Assembly: GCA_002633005.1 (NCBI GenBank) | Contig: NMRA01000281.1 | Span: 79,123 to 143,122, forward strand | Direction of reading: 5' to 3' | Length of the DNA: 64,000 nt | Source of the DNA: Phoronis australis | Taxonomy: Eukaryota; Animalia; Phoronida | In this document: piece by piece, positions 51,081 through 64,000 of the stretch | How the letters are laid out: each line of letters begins with the position of its first letter | How positions within the stretch are numbered: position 1 is the stretch's first letter | The notes under the pieces: model-generated | What the model saw: the letters and a program-made list of their open reading frames with translations, nothing else | Database searches by the model: none | Told to the model about the DNA's origin: nothing | Program-made: the position numbers and the translations under genes

Positions 51081-52999
51081 GGTAAAGTTGTGTTTTGTTT
51101 GTTAAGGTTACAGTCAACCTTGCCGTCGCCAATTCCTCTAGTCCTTCTCCAGGGGCCCAGTTTTATCAAACGTCATTTAAGGTGGTGGAATTTTCAAGTA
51201 TACTTTTTATTCTACTTGAATATAAACTAATTGAATATGTTTACGTCGATAGGTGTCAGTGTTTTCATTTTACAAAAAATGTAGGTTGCCTTCATAAAAA
51301 CGTGCCTACGACTGTCCGCACTTATAGAAACGATCCCCAGTTTTGCCCGACAAATCACATGCATCGATTTGCCTATCCAATTTGCTTTACTGAATTGAAA
51401 CCGCCCACGTGTTTATCCTCTGCTCCATTGATTGAAAACACTCGATTATTAAAAGTGCAGAACTTAAAATTGTTCTATACAATCTTTTGTTTATTCATCA
51501 TCTAAAATTATTTTCAGATGCAATAATATCTAAAGCCATTCTAACGTTACACGTGTCGTCGGCAGAAGTTTGTTTAGGCACGAAATGGTAAGAGCATTAA
51601 TTTCTGATTGGTCTGCCACGAAATTTTCAAAAAAGACATAAGAATTCTTTAGTACAAGTCAGGCTATTTATTTCTTTAAAATATCAATATCATGTTGACG
51701 GCGGTAATTTGGACGGACGTTTACTTTCGTTTCGCTTTGCATGAGGTTTTTAACGAATATAAAACAGGGCGAATGTCCTTAATATTAAGTTTTGAACAGA
51801 CCGTTCTGAGAGTGGTCATGTTAGAAAAACTGTTTTCTGACCTCAGCTGACTCTCGGAACTTTCTAAAAGCACGGAAGAACGGCGTGACACAAATTAGCC
51901 TAAAGTGGACAAAGCATTAATCTGTTAATGCGAAAATTCACAAAATAATGGAATGTTTAAATGCCAAAATCATATTAAATAATGAATGAGTCAAATTAAA
52001 ATATCTATAAATTCTCTTCCAAGTAAAATTGTTTTTTATTGGTAAAAAGTCCGAAACAATTTTCGCATATCATTTGTAAAGTTAATATTGGATGGTTATT
52101 TCACTGATTTCAGACAAAAGAATGCAACGTTGAACATGTAAAACTAGCACTTGTCAGAAAGCACATTCAGGTGAGCTACATGAAACCTAAACAATGGACA
52201 GTGGATATAGTATCACACAGGTGCGCAGCCGGGGGCAGGTAACGAAACAACATCGCTTTGTTCCACTTATTCGTCATGTTCCTTTGGACGGTACAAACTC
52301 CAATAGAGTGAGACACGTATCAATGCCCTAGTATGAGCACATATAAATTGATTTTAAGTGCAGTCAAACAGTCACAATTGCTCTTATAGAAACTTGTATC
52401 TTTTCCTTCGAAAAGGAGAGAACATTTTATGAAAGGCATTCTAAAGAAGTGTTGCATTCGCGTTGATTTGGCGAGAGTGGTCTTTCATAACGCGTAGAGA
52501 AAGATGAAAAGATAGCTATTGAGTTGAGTGCGGTTCTTAGATTTTATCGGTGGAAAGTTTATTTGTAATGCCTCAAACAATGCACAAAAGATTGCGCTAA
52601 ATAATCCGGAAGTCAGGCGTGAATCTTGACCCAGTAATTTCGCACAAGCCTGTGTGAAACCATGTGTAAACGCCTTTAATTAATAAGAATAAAGAACGGC
52701 ACGGTCGCAATTAGTCGCGGTCCAGAGATAATAGTGATATGTGGCTAATTTGCTTATCTCTGTTGGTGTACCTGAATTGCGTCTTCTTGCACGCGCGCAT
52801 GAGGCTTCTAGAAAATTACAGAATGCTGGTTCATGTTGGTAATCCATCACCACGGTTGGGCAATACGCCAGCGTGCATGTACTCCATATTCGTTTTCGTG
52901 GTGTTTTGTTTTTGACAAACACAGACCAAGATTTAGGTAACATAAGATAAAATAAAACCAAACTACTAAGAAATGCATTTTAAATCGGATGTTCTCACT

Positions 53000-53154
53000 C
53001 ATGGGCGGATCCAGGGTTTTGAGTGATGGGAGGGGGGGGAAAGGGCAAAGTATTAGCCAGGATTTTGCCACATTTTCATTACCGAACTGTCAAAAGGAAT
53101 CTGGGAGGATAATGGGGGGCATGGCCCCCTTGGTCCCCCTTAAACCCGCCACTG
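53000..53154. mobile_element. G/C-tract MITE (catgggcggat...cccgccactg), 5-bp TSD
   Basis: Imperfect TIRs; flanks tcact/tcatt. Confidence 0.65.
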
Positions 53155-54389
53155 TCATTGTCCTATTATATATTTTTACATTCTGCTATCATGCACCTAA
53201 ATGGTGTATTCGGAATGTAATGTGTCTGGCTCAGATAGAGATAAATATAAACTAAGACATTTAAGAAAAAATATTGAAAACAAGCAATATTCCATGGAAA
53301 AACAGTACCAGTTGTGAAATACTTTATGTATAATAAGTCTAATCTACTTTCTCTTATGTGTAGTAAACGACTTGTTCATCCTGTTTCTACTGCTGAGACT
53401 TATTTGGTGTAACGTGTAGATGTATGTTGATATCTAAACTTTTTGAGGATATTTCAGTCGTTGAATGCTCTTCCTCTTGCCGATGCTAATGAGAGATTTT
53501 GGTGTCTGTTTCTCATCCAACTCCATATGTCTAAAGTGATCAGGATCACGCTAATTTTGGTCACCACTACAGCGCTTACGTCCTGCTGAGCGAATAGCGG
53601 TTCAAATTAGTCACACATGTGCCGGGGAGAGCACGGGTGCACCTCAGACTTGCACCCGATGAACCGCGCGCGTCAGAGCACGAGATTTCTCCCGCCAGTT
53701 GACTTAAAGTAATGGTGCGTCCCTGACGCTGCCTCTGGCCAAATGAGAAAAGCTTTGACTTCGTGTGAAATCGAACGCCCAAACAATAGTTTGGTCAAGA
53801 AAGAAAAACAACCCATTCAATGGGATTGAATTGGCTCAATGGTTTGCAGAAAGTTAATTACTTTCATTGATTAGGGTGAAACTAAGCGAATTAATTGTGA
53901 TGTAACTTAAATTGACCGTCGATGTAAAGTCGTTCTTTCACGATGACCGTTGCATGTATTTAGACACCCGGGCAGACTACCTATATTTTATCAGAAATTA
54001 TCACATGCCTGATGAATTAATTTGTTTTATTGCTTCCTCGTTTTGCATAAAAGTTGTTGAGAAAGCATGTTTTCATGTTTTTTTTTCTTTTTGTTTTGTG
54101 ATGCCCAAATCTGCAACTACCGGGGCATTAATTAAACAGATCACTCGTGTGTTGTGTCAGAGAATAACAGCAACCGAATTAAAGCAAATTTATAGAAATG
54201 TTGATGAAGGTTCATAGCGACAAATCTCTGTATCAATTCAAATATGCAGAAATTAGCGTAGTAGCAGTATCTATTTTCTGAGAGTAGAACGCCTGCAGAC
54301 TTTGGTTTTTAACTCTGTATCAACCTGTATGGTTACGTGACCATGTGTTTTTATGAATATCGGCAAAAAGGTGAAGTCATTGACTGTAC

Positions 54390-54522
54390 TTGATTGACTT
54401 CGTCTTTCTTCAGGGTCAAGCAGCTGAGACATCTGATTGGTCTGTAAGCCGCAAGCTGTCATCGATAACCAATCAGATGTCTTAATCGTCTGGCACTCTG
54501 CGAAACCGACGAAGTCAATCAA
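54390..54522. repeat. 133-bp foldback (small MITE or hairpin)
   Basis: 15-bp perfect outer IR ttgattgacttcgtc / gacgaagtcaatcaa and 15-bp inner IR agacatctgattggt / accaatcagatgtct. Confidence 0.8.
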
Positions 54523-57500
54523 ATGTACCCATTGCAAAATAAAAACGGTATCAACAACATTAGCACGAGACAAATGTTCAAGATGAAGTCTCAAAAACGC
54601 AGTTCGAATTTTCTAAATTATTATTTCGTTCGCATTTTATGCAACTTTTGATTTCATATATACAAATCATAAAATTTTCTAATTTTGATGGTTGCTCATA
54701 CAAAAGTGGAACATTTTAAAAAACAAATCCTAGTACTAGTAAGAATCATTAGTTTTCATACACGTCATACGTTGGTCATACAATGAAGACTAATAACTCT
54801 TACTTATACAATATCAACGCGCTTATTTATAACATCATGATTATATAGATTGCTGGTGGAGATTTGTAGAATAGTGCAGTAGGCATAGTAATTTATGAGT
54901 ACAGTTTCTTGTGAATCCTATCAGCCATTTCTGATACTTATAGTTTCAAAGGCAGTCAATTTTGAATACATTTCCAGGGTCCTACAAACACGAAACCTCA
55001 AGTGACAATTATGTCTTTACTAATCTGTAGTCACGTGCAATTAAGTGTCACTTTTCTGCGAAAGCTAGTTCTTGATTTGCCACAGTTAATATTTCCTTTG
55101 TGAAGATCTGCACATTGCAAAGCGCGTGGCATATCCGTCTGTTTTTATTGAAAACAAAGTGTCCAAAACGACAGGGTTGATCGTAGAAATAGAAATATTA
55201 ACTTTTAATTACTCCGTTGACGTTGTTACGGTAAATGCTTCTGAACAAGAGGACGACATAAATATATTATCTAATCGACATGGATGATTTCATTTGTATA
55301 TTTCCTGAACGTATGTGGCAGGTTGGTTTGATCGCTTCTTTAAAGGAGAGGACGCAAGAAAGTTCGAACTAAAGTCTTCGAGAATGAGCAATCCGGTGAT
55401 GAACTTAATAGTTTTCATGCAAAAGGATTTTTTCATTCTGGCCATCTCATATTATTTCCAATTTATCACACTGGTTATTAAAATCAAGTCGTTACCGGTT
55501 GAAGCAAGTTTGTAGGTCTCGATAACTGTTTCTTCCAATTGAACATCAAATAAAACTGTTTATTATTTTTTCTTGACAGGGATTTCAAACGATCAGACAA
55601 ACGACATGAAACACTTGATGGAATATCAGGTCACTTACTACAAACGAATTAATTCACTTAACCTGAGAGCCCAACTAGAATTTAGCGTCTGAAGAATAAA
55701 GTTATTTTTTACAAAAAAACAAAAATCCAAACTCGTTTTATTTGAGTGATTATAAACCTGCTTTGCACTACAAAAACCAAAATTTGATTTACTACTGGCC
55801 ATTTGCCGTTATGAACTTGGGCCCAAAATTTTCCTTAGTTAAATTTGAGGTAATTCCAGAGTTTGGAAGGAAGTAGCAGCAAGGAGTGTAATACATACAC
55901 TCCTTGCTGGCAATTGGTTACTTTAGCAGCTAGAAACCCGCGTTTGACTCCGCGGTCTACACTTGTATTGCTTGTTTTCAAGCAATAACGAATTTGCCAG
56001 TTCATTTGAAGTCTTGAAATCACTAGATCTCAATTTTCATAACGTCAAGTGACCTAAATCAAAATTAGTTTTTGTATCGGAAAGCGAGTTATAGCCAGCC
56101 ACATTATATTAAACCGAGTTCACTTTTTACGAAGGGGTTAACGTTTGAGACTGTTTCAACGAGTTGACCACGTACAGCATATGCGTGTAGGCCTACTAGT
56201 GACTGTCGATGCTAATGACTTGTACTACTCATCATTAAAACTGACATTTGGTGAGGGTAGATTTATAATATACGTGTGCATCAAACTTTGTCAACTGAAC
56301 AAACCCATTTTAGTCTGAAAACGCCTGACTTAATCTGTGTACAAAGGGTAAAACCAGGACAAATGAGCACAATGCTACAACTTGTTTACTGTCAACTTAC
56401 GTAAGTGTTCGTGTTCGCTTCTTAGGCATTTGACTAGTGTTAAAAAGAATGGTCACACTCGGTCTTTTGCTCGGAGCGATGTTCAAAAATAGCAAAAACG
56501 TGAAACAGTTCGCAAATAAACAAATGCAATTAATTCTATAATTAGAAAGCGTGATGCCAAGAGTTGCCGTGACACGACGGACGTCGGCAGAAAAAAATGG
56601 ATTGAATTTTTATTCTGTTCAGCACGTGCAACTCTATTTGGTCTATTAATCATGTAAACTGGTTGTAAATATTTGTTTCATAATCAAAACTTGTGTTTCA
56701 AATTTCGGAAAATTACTTCTTTAAAACGAACCATTAACACGGTCATTCAATTACGACTTCATACATGAGGGTGATTGATCCACTGTAAGCGAGACTTCTT
56801 TTAGATTCTCTTCTTTGAACTAGAATTCACAACCAATTCATCAAATATGAAATTGACACATTATATTTAACTCAAGACATGCCACGTGACAAGTATTATT
56901 TCCTATTGTCAAACATAAGTTCTACGACAAATGTACAAATTAGCGATAATTGATTAACTTTCAGGGTTTAGCGTACCTGTTGCAAGTCAAAATGCTCCAC
57001 GTTGAAAGAAAATGAAATGACACGATTCTGTTGCTTTGTTCACAAACAATTTACACTTGTTGAAATCCATGTTTGCATTCAGAACGTTTGTGGGAATTGC
57101 ATATTTACACTTTTTGTCTCTAAAGTAGGCGTTCAATAGTTATTTCAAGTTAGCAGCATTGTTCGAAAATGGGTAAAATAAAATATATATTTGTACACAA
57201 ATGCCCACCAGCCCAATAGTACATTGCACAACAAACAAACAAATATGACCCATAAAAGTATTTACACGAGACTTCTGACATGGAATGCTGTCTTTGTAAA
57301 CATTCCTAACTTTTTAAGGGAAGACACCTCATGAACTTTAAACAGTCAGAGTAATTATTCAGTTGTGGGATAAACAGTTACCTAAGTTCGCGATACAACA
57401 AACACCGCATTAAAAAGGAAACTCTTCTTTCTTCTATCTCAAATATATTGAATTTTTACAGAATGGACAAATTATAAGTTCGCGATCAACAGACAATCTT

Positions 57501-57526
57501 CCTCATTCTAGAGAATGGTTTGAACA

Positions 57527-57625
57527 TCGGAGTTTTCATGATAAATTTCTCCCGAATTTCATACATTTTAAAACCTCGGAGTTTTCATGATAAACTTCTA
57601 CCGAATTTCCTACATTTTAAAACCG
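57527..57625. repeat. ~49-bp tandem duplication (tcggagttttcatgataaa...cattttaaaacc) x2
   Basis: Two adjacent similar copies. Confidence 0.8.
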
Positions 57626-60600
57626 TCAAATATTCGGCCACTTCTAAATTGTTATGCAGACCATCAAGCATAACTAATTTATAACTGTTTGACACACAGC
57701 TCCCCCTTTCCTGAAAGGCGCAATCATTCACTCTTTGTGTGAATATTTTAACGCACGTATCGATGTTCCCCACGCTGTATTGCAACCAAACGTCGCAGAA
57801 GCCGTACTTTACGTGTATAACAACTCTCTTGCATGTGTAGTCTATGTTCTTCTATCATTGTCGTCCAGACTTTTCAGCATATTACTACATTTCTTAGCGT
57901 CTCTATACTCTGGCATTACTTGTAGTTTCAGACAGTACTTGATGCATTTAGTAAAGGAACAAGTGTAACGAGGATACCGCCCTATTTCACCCAACACTGC
58001 TGCAGTGGTGGTATTACTTCCTAAAATGAGCTTACAATATTCAACTTGAACACTTTCTATCGTGCTGTATGATTGAAAACCTCAAACCTCTGAACCATAA
58101 TATCAGATAAGGGCTATGACTTTATTATCACGAATCCGTAAAGCCGATTCAACGTCCATTCTTTCAACATACCTATCAAACGGAATAATACTGAACATGA
58201 CTTTTTTTGGCCTTGTGAAATAAAAATGGCTACTGTAATTGCTTTCTCGGCAACTACAACTATAGTTCTGCTACTACTACTGGAACTATCAATATTACCG
58301 TCTCTTTCTGTTCCTATTTTTGTAATATTTTTAATATTTTCTGTCAGTGTAATCAGTATATTTACTAGAATTATCGTTAACTTCATCATAGTTATCAGTT
58401 CATAAAAGCTAATTTAGATTTACGGTTCGAATGATCAACGTAGTAGTCATTCTAATAATTATCGTCTACCATGATACTTCTAAATACTACACTATGCGCG
58501 TCCCTAGCTTAGATGTATGTACGTTGTATGCAGCATGGAATTGACTTTATTAAACCAGTCAATATATCAGAAGAAACTAGGATTTATGCGAACAACCCAA
58601 TAAGAGTTCCCTTCAAAGCCGATTCAAATTGTGGCGTACAAGCATTATTCTACAAATGTAATAACAAACTAGAGTCATTTGTTCGTAGGATAGTACAACT
58701 TTCTCAGGCTATCTCGAAGTACAAAACGACTCATAATGTTATTGCTACTTCACGCCAGCTATACAAGGCTTCTGTTTCTCGTAAACGTGGTCATGTACAA
58801 TAACTATGTGTTTACCACATTCTGAATAGGGAAATCTTTATATAACCAAATTTCTGGCTACTTAGCCATATAAAGGAAACAAGGAGTCAGCGGCGGTAGT
58901 TATTATACCTCTTAAGATATGTATACAAATTTCTATACAAAGACTATCCAAAACTAAGCTAACTTGACAAATAAGCGTATGACGAAAGTTTCTATATCCA
59001 AATAAGATTTTTGATTGACGCACAAAGAGGTATTGTGCTTTTCAATGTTCGCTGCTGCGGTAGGCGTCCTCCACATTTGCGACTTTTGGTGGTTCGAGGG
59101 CGTTTGAATGACCTCGTCTACGGCTTTCCCAGAGGTGTCCAGGTAAACGTGAGTCGTGTGAAAATATTTAATAAAGACGTACACAATGAGTGAATCAACA
59201 CGTGTATTATTAACGGTTTTACTGAATCGAAGCATAGACGGCTATTTGACACCTTTCTAAATGACGTTATGAGTGGTAATAAAAACATATTTTATTCCCA
59301 GCGCTAATTTATTTTTTGTTACGTATTTGAGTCTTTGTTTGTTTTTATTGTTTGGTAATTTTCAAGCTTCGCCGCTCTCAAGTTGATTGCGAAAAGCATT
59401 TCAGCTTGCTATGTTTTACTTTTATTCTGATTTATCTGACGGGGACACGATGAGATAAAAAATGATAGAATCTCCTAACTATTAGTCGATTGACAACGCC
59501 TAAATTAATTAGAGTTCAGAACATATTGAGTAAAATAACATTGGGACAAGTAGACAAACCTATGGCTCAAATGGTGCGTACCATTTGCCACAAAGAGTAA
59601 ACCTACGTCACCGTGGACTAATTACATACCTTGCCTCCAGGTATATCGAGGGTTTACGAGTGAATTGGAAGACAATAAGTTTATGTTGTTGTTTTTTTCA
59701 ACTTGTGCTGTTGTGTTATTAATGACTTATTAAAGAGTCATCGTATACCACGTGTTATCTACAACTGCAATATTTCAGGTCAGTGGCTGGAGAAACTAAA
59801 TTTATTTCACCTATCTGAATCTGTTAATTACACAGTGACAAATTAATAATTTATGTGTATGCAGAAACATATTTAGATTAAATTGTAATGCTAAAAATCA
59901 ATAGATTAGTTACGATATCAATATTTTATGAATCAAGACAATTAAAAGTCTAAAAGAACTCTGATCGTGAATGAACAAATCATATAGTGAACGCAGAAAA
60001 TACCGCGAGTAGAAATTAGACGAAAGCAAAACAGTTGAAAATTCTCAACTGGTAACTGTCTTCAAATACACATGATCAAGGTCGTTTTCAAATAAAATGA
60101 AATCAAGGCTTATTGAGAATGGTGGCTCGAATTACGCCAATCTTAAACATATACATCGCACCTTATAAATTACGTGTATTCTCGTTCTTCTTTAAAACAG
60201 GGTAAAGTTATGCACGTGCCATGTTTTTTTTTCTAAAACAAATTTATTTCATACTTTTCAGTTGAAAATTATCATAGCAAAAGCTCCTCAAATTCGTTAT
60301 CGTCGGAAATAACAATGCATTTTGGACACTCCCTCACGGGTGGGTTAGGCGTCACCCTTCCAAAAGAAGTTTCAAACCGTTTTTGTTAATCTGCTGGGTA
60401 TCACCTTGGCTGCTTATGGTTGTCTGTTGCGCGAGTTTATTGTGAACATGAAAAATCTCGTTTTGAAGTGTCGCTGTTTTTTGTATGTTCTTCTGAGAAA
60501 GTCTGTGTCAGTAGGAAAAAGAAAATAGAAGACCGGATTGATCGAAGTGATCATAACAATGGAATAATATAACGATAATGTAACGATAATATAATGACAC

Positions 60601-63571
60601 TATAACGATAGCAGAACCAAATATGATAAATAATAACAAAGCAATATTACTATTGTTATTATCTGTATAATTGATGTGCCTTTGTTACAGCTGTCATGTT
60701 AGTTTTGACGATTGTCAGGACACTTGCAAAAAACTGTAACAACACCACTGTTGTGCGAGACTCATTCGCGGCGGCATAATTTGGTTTTATTATCCATTTT
60801 TCTAAATTCATAAAAATTCTGTACATTCAGCTGTAGCGGCCGTATTTGCTGTACCATTCGAAATTCAAGAAAATAAAAATTCTACATTTTGCTGGTAGGG
60901 GAAATTGGGCGACACTTAACAGACCATCACTGTAGTATTAGTGTTGACTTGGTCAGTTTGAATTAATCACGGTGTTTCGAAATACGATAAGCGCGGTCAG
61001 AAGCAGCGAATCGTGAGTCTGACGCACATGCAGGCACGAGTATTATTACACGAGCTGAATTCTGATCAAGTTCAATTTTAACGAAACGCGAAACATTCCT
61101 ATCGTTTTGACTATTGCTTGCTTTGTTTCCTTAAATTGTGTTTAAGCAAAACGAAATGTTCATTAACGATTAATTAGCCTAGCAAAGAGAGTTAAACGGG
61201 GTTCAACAAATATTTTTGTAATAACTCATGCGTTATTCATGATCAAAAAATATTGAAGTCCGCTGAGTAGTGTATTTTGAAATATCACGATAACTTCACA
61301 GTGATAATTAATTCATTCTAGAAAGACAACGACGACTTGAATAAACAAGGTACAGAAGGTAACCAAACCCTCTCGGGTATAATGAAACAACCATAAAAAT
61401 CATATTAAAAGACAATAGTCGGGGCATTCTTTGAAGATGTGTGTAACAACAAACAAACAGCTGTAGGGTCAAGTTTTTTAAAATAATGTAATACACATTG
61501 GCTTGTTTGTTTTAAAATAACGTCTTCTTGTGTGACCTGGTATATTAAGGGGATTTGAGTTCCGTTTGATTTCATATGTTGGAACCATCTTCTCTTAGTG
61601 GGTGAAGCAATTTGAGGTGAGAATATGTTACTTGGAGGGTTATTATATCTTTCTCCATCGGCGTGCATGGGGCAAACAATGTCACTGGAAAAGTAATGCT
61701 GTCCAGTGGCACACGATCAATATGTCCGACAATGAAGGAATTACTTGTAGGTAGACATTGCGAACGTTGGTTCAGGGAAATTAAATCATTGACGATGTCC
61801 GTCATAACAGGTTTGGTGGAAAGTTTGTAACTTTTTGACAAGACACGAGTGTGCACCTGATTGTGGAATATTGAATTACCACATGCTTTGGGTTTTGCGA
61901 CTGCAGTGGGTTCTTTTCAAGTCATATTGTTTAGCTGGGGGAGAATCAAGATCCAGGATTATGACCGGATGGAGGTGTGACAATGTACAGAAAAGGGGCA
62001 TTTTATAATCCTCTGTCGCAGTAACAGCAAAACAAATGTAGCCGAGCAGGGAGGACGAGGAGACCCATTGAAACGATCTCTGCTTCAGCGCCTGTATTTA
62101 AAACGAAGTTAACGGGCGCATTAGGATAAGCGTAAGGATGGATGAATTGTTCCACGGAAAAAAAGAGAAGATAAAATCAGTCACTTTTGGTTGGGTGAAT
62201 GTTACCATAGGTTAAAGTAAAGATGCAATAATCGTATTCCAAAACTTGTTTGTCTTTCTCTTTACGTCACCTAAGGCGCTTATGTCTCCCGTACAATGCG
62301 CCAGTGATGAATTTGGATGTACAAGTTGTGCTTATTTAGGTGTACAGAAATTCCTGTCCGTGCTCATCGAACCTCGTTTTGTCCGAAGATGTTTCAAAGC
62401 AACCAGTGTTTGGTGATGGTACTATCATTTTGTACACATCATTATGCTATTTGGCATTTTAGAGCTTGTAATTGCGTTGTTAACCCAAAAGCACGTGTGT
62501 CGTCTTGAAACGAAATAAACATTTAAGCTTTTCATTTTGTAGAGTCGGGTCAGATACGATGAGGTATTGTGGTTGGATGTGATAGATTTCTTGAAGTTTT
62601 TGTCTTTAACCACAATTATAACACAATAAAATCCGTTTTATTCCAAATCACCGATTCTCGCAGTTGTTAGTGCTGAAATCAAGTCTGGTTAAATACATAT
62701 ATGTTAATCAAATGTGATCTAGTCCTTCAGAAGAGCGTAAAACTGCGTCCGCGGAATTTCCACATTCTATTCCGCGCTAAGGCTGGTCTCACAAAACCAT
62801 TTTTCTCTCCGATAATAGTCCTTTAGTTAGTGCAAATAAGAGTCTTGCAATTAGACTTCCGGTTTTAATTTAAACCATGAAACATATTCGTATTAGCCGT
62901 CAAATTTACGTAATGTAGATTGGGAGAAATCACAATTTTAGCAAAAGCCTTTGCAACTGGTGCTTTTATGTTTAAATGCTACCTTTTCGAGTCACTTGGT
63001 CTATGTTTTCTTTTGCAAAAAATCCCTCGAATGCCCTCTGAATGACATTTCATTATTACTAACGTTGAAAACATACCAGCGAGCTGGAACTTGTTGAACA
63101 TCAAATATTAGTGCCACTTAAACTACCGGGAATTAGAAGTCATGCATAATTTGAACAGAAAATATCGGAGTGGACTCGATCCGAATAATTAACTGGACTC
63201 CATCTAAAATATTTATTGAGTAAATCAAACAGCTATCTCAGGAAAACGAATCCGCGAGAACGCGTGTGTTTGAGTGGTTTAGTCGAGTAAATTTGCGATC
63301 ATTACGGGGAATGGGAAATTCTAGTTTGCCTATTTACAAGAAATCCAGTGAATTTCTTTCAGATACTGTTTATGTAAATGAGCACATCTTCGCTGTATTC
63401 AATGTTTGATGCCAGAAGAAACTCGCCTTTTCCTATGCGAACAGAAAAATAGAGTCTGTTTGATAACTACCGATTTCCTTTTCAGCAAATCATTGTGCGA
63501 TATAGCGAACCCAGTTCTTAGCATTTGGACATGTCGTGATGTGGCCAGATTTAGGCGTGCAGCGATACGCC

Positions 63572-63735
63572 GTAAAATGTAACAACTGTTACAATTTACG
63601 TCATTGTTACATTTTACATTGCTAAGCCTCTCCTAAAATGTAACAAGTTGTAACATTTTACATAGTTGTTACATTTTACGTAGTTGTTACATTTCACGTC
63701 GAACGCACATGCGAGAAATGTACCATAGTTACATT
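63572..63735. repeat. TGTAAC/GTTACA repeat cluster in both orientations (MITE-like)
   Basis: aaaatgtaacaa and ttgttacatttt units repeated. Confidence 0.65.
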
Positions 63736-64000
63736 TGGCGAAAGCCAGGTCGTACTGCAAAGAAAATGACCAAATCACGAACAAGTTATATCTGACACGG
63801 CCGGGGGATACTGGAGTATTTTTAAACGAGAAGTGCCGCCCGAAAAAATTAAATACCTACCCGTTTAGAGAGTGGGCTCGAACAAAAAAGCGACCCAGTT
63901 AGAGACAAATTTGTTTAAAAATTCACATTTTAACACTTCTGTTCCAGAAATTCAGTAAAGCCACCTTTTAGATATAGTTTCGTCGAAAATGGCGCCATTT

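Noticed and set aside
61308-61860. Cluster of overlapping minus-strand ORFs with an acceptor-like site
   Set aside because: No family motif recognised and no consistent exon structure.

Overview
Eukaryotic (animal, probably marine invertebrate) genomic DNA from a draft assembly. It is AT-rich and repeat-dense, with single-N joins at 6405, 19563, 28074 and 40325. One host gene is well supported: mitochondrial ribosomal protein mL38 (MRPL38, PEBP fold) on the minus strand, 8 coding exons from 50799 to 34009 (1221 nt, 406 aa), every junction GT-AG and in phase. Most other recognisable sequence is transposon debris: the 3' end of an Academ transposon, L1/Tx1, RTE and HERO retroelement remnants, a solo LTR, several Kolobok-type TTAA elements (one with a decayed P2X7-ballast-like KolX gene), and hAT5-, PIF/Harbinger- and CACTA-type MITEs, often nested. 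Three observations stand out. (1) TACATGTA and related TA-flanked motifs are about 20-fold enriched in the first 31 kb. Paired repeat copies show them arising as short insertions at TA sites, as expected for Tc1/mariner excision footprints, and some are stacked. (2) A minimal type-I hammerhead ribozyme candidate lies at 30444-30481 inside a CACTA-like MITE. (3) There are candidate orphan exons: a signal-peptide exon, and a possible transcript divergent from MRPL38. Two near-identical tandem duplications around N joins are probably haplotype assembly artefacts. All counts and alignments were done by eye; no database search was run.
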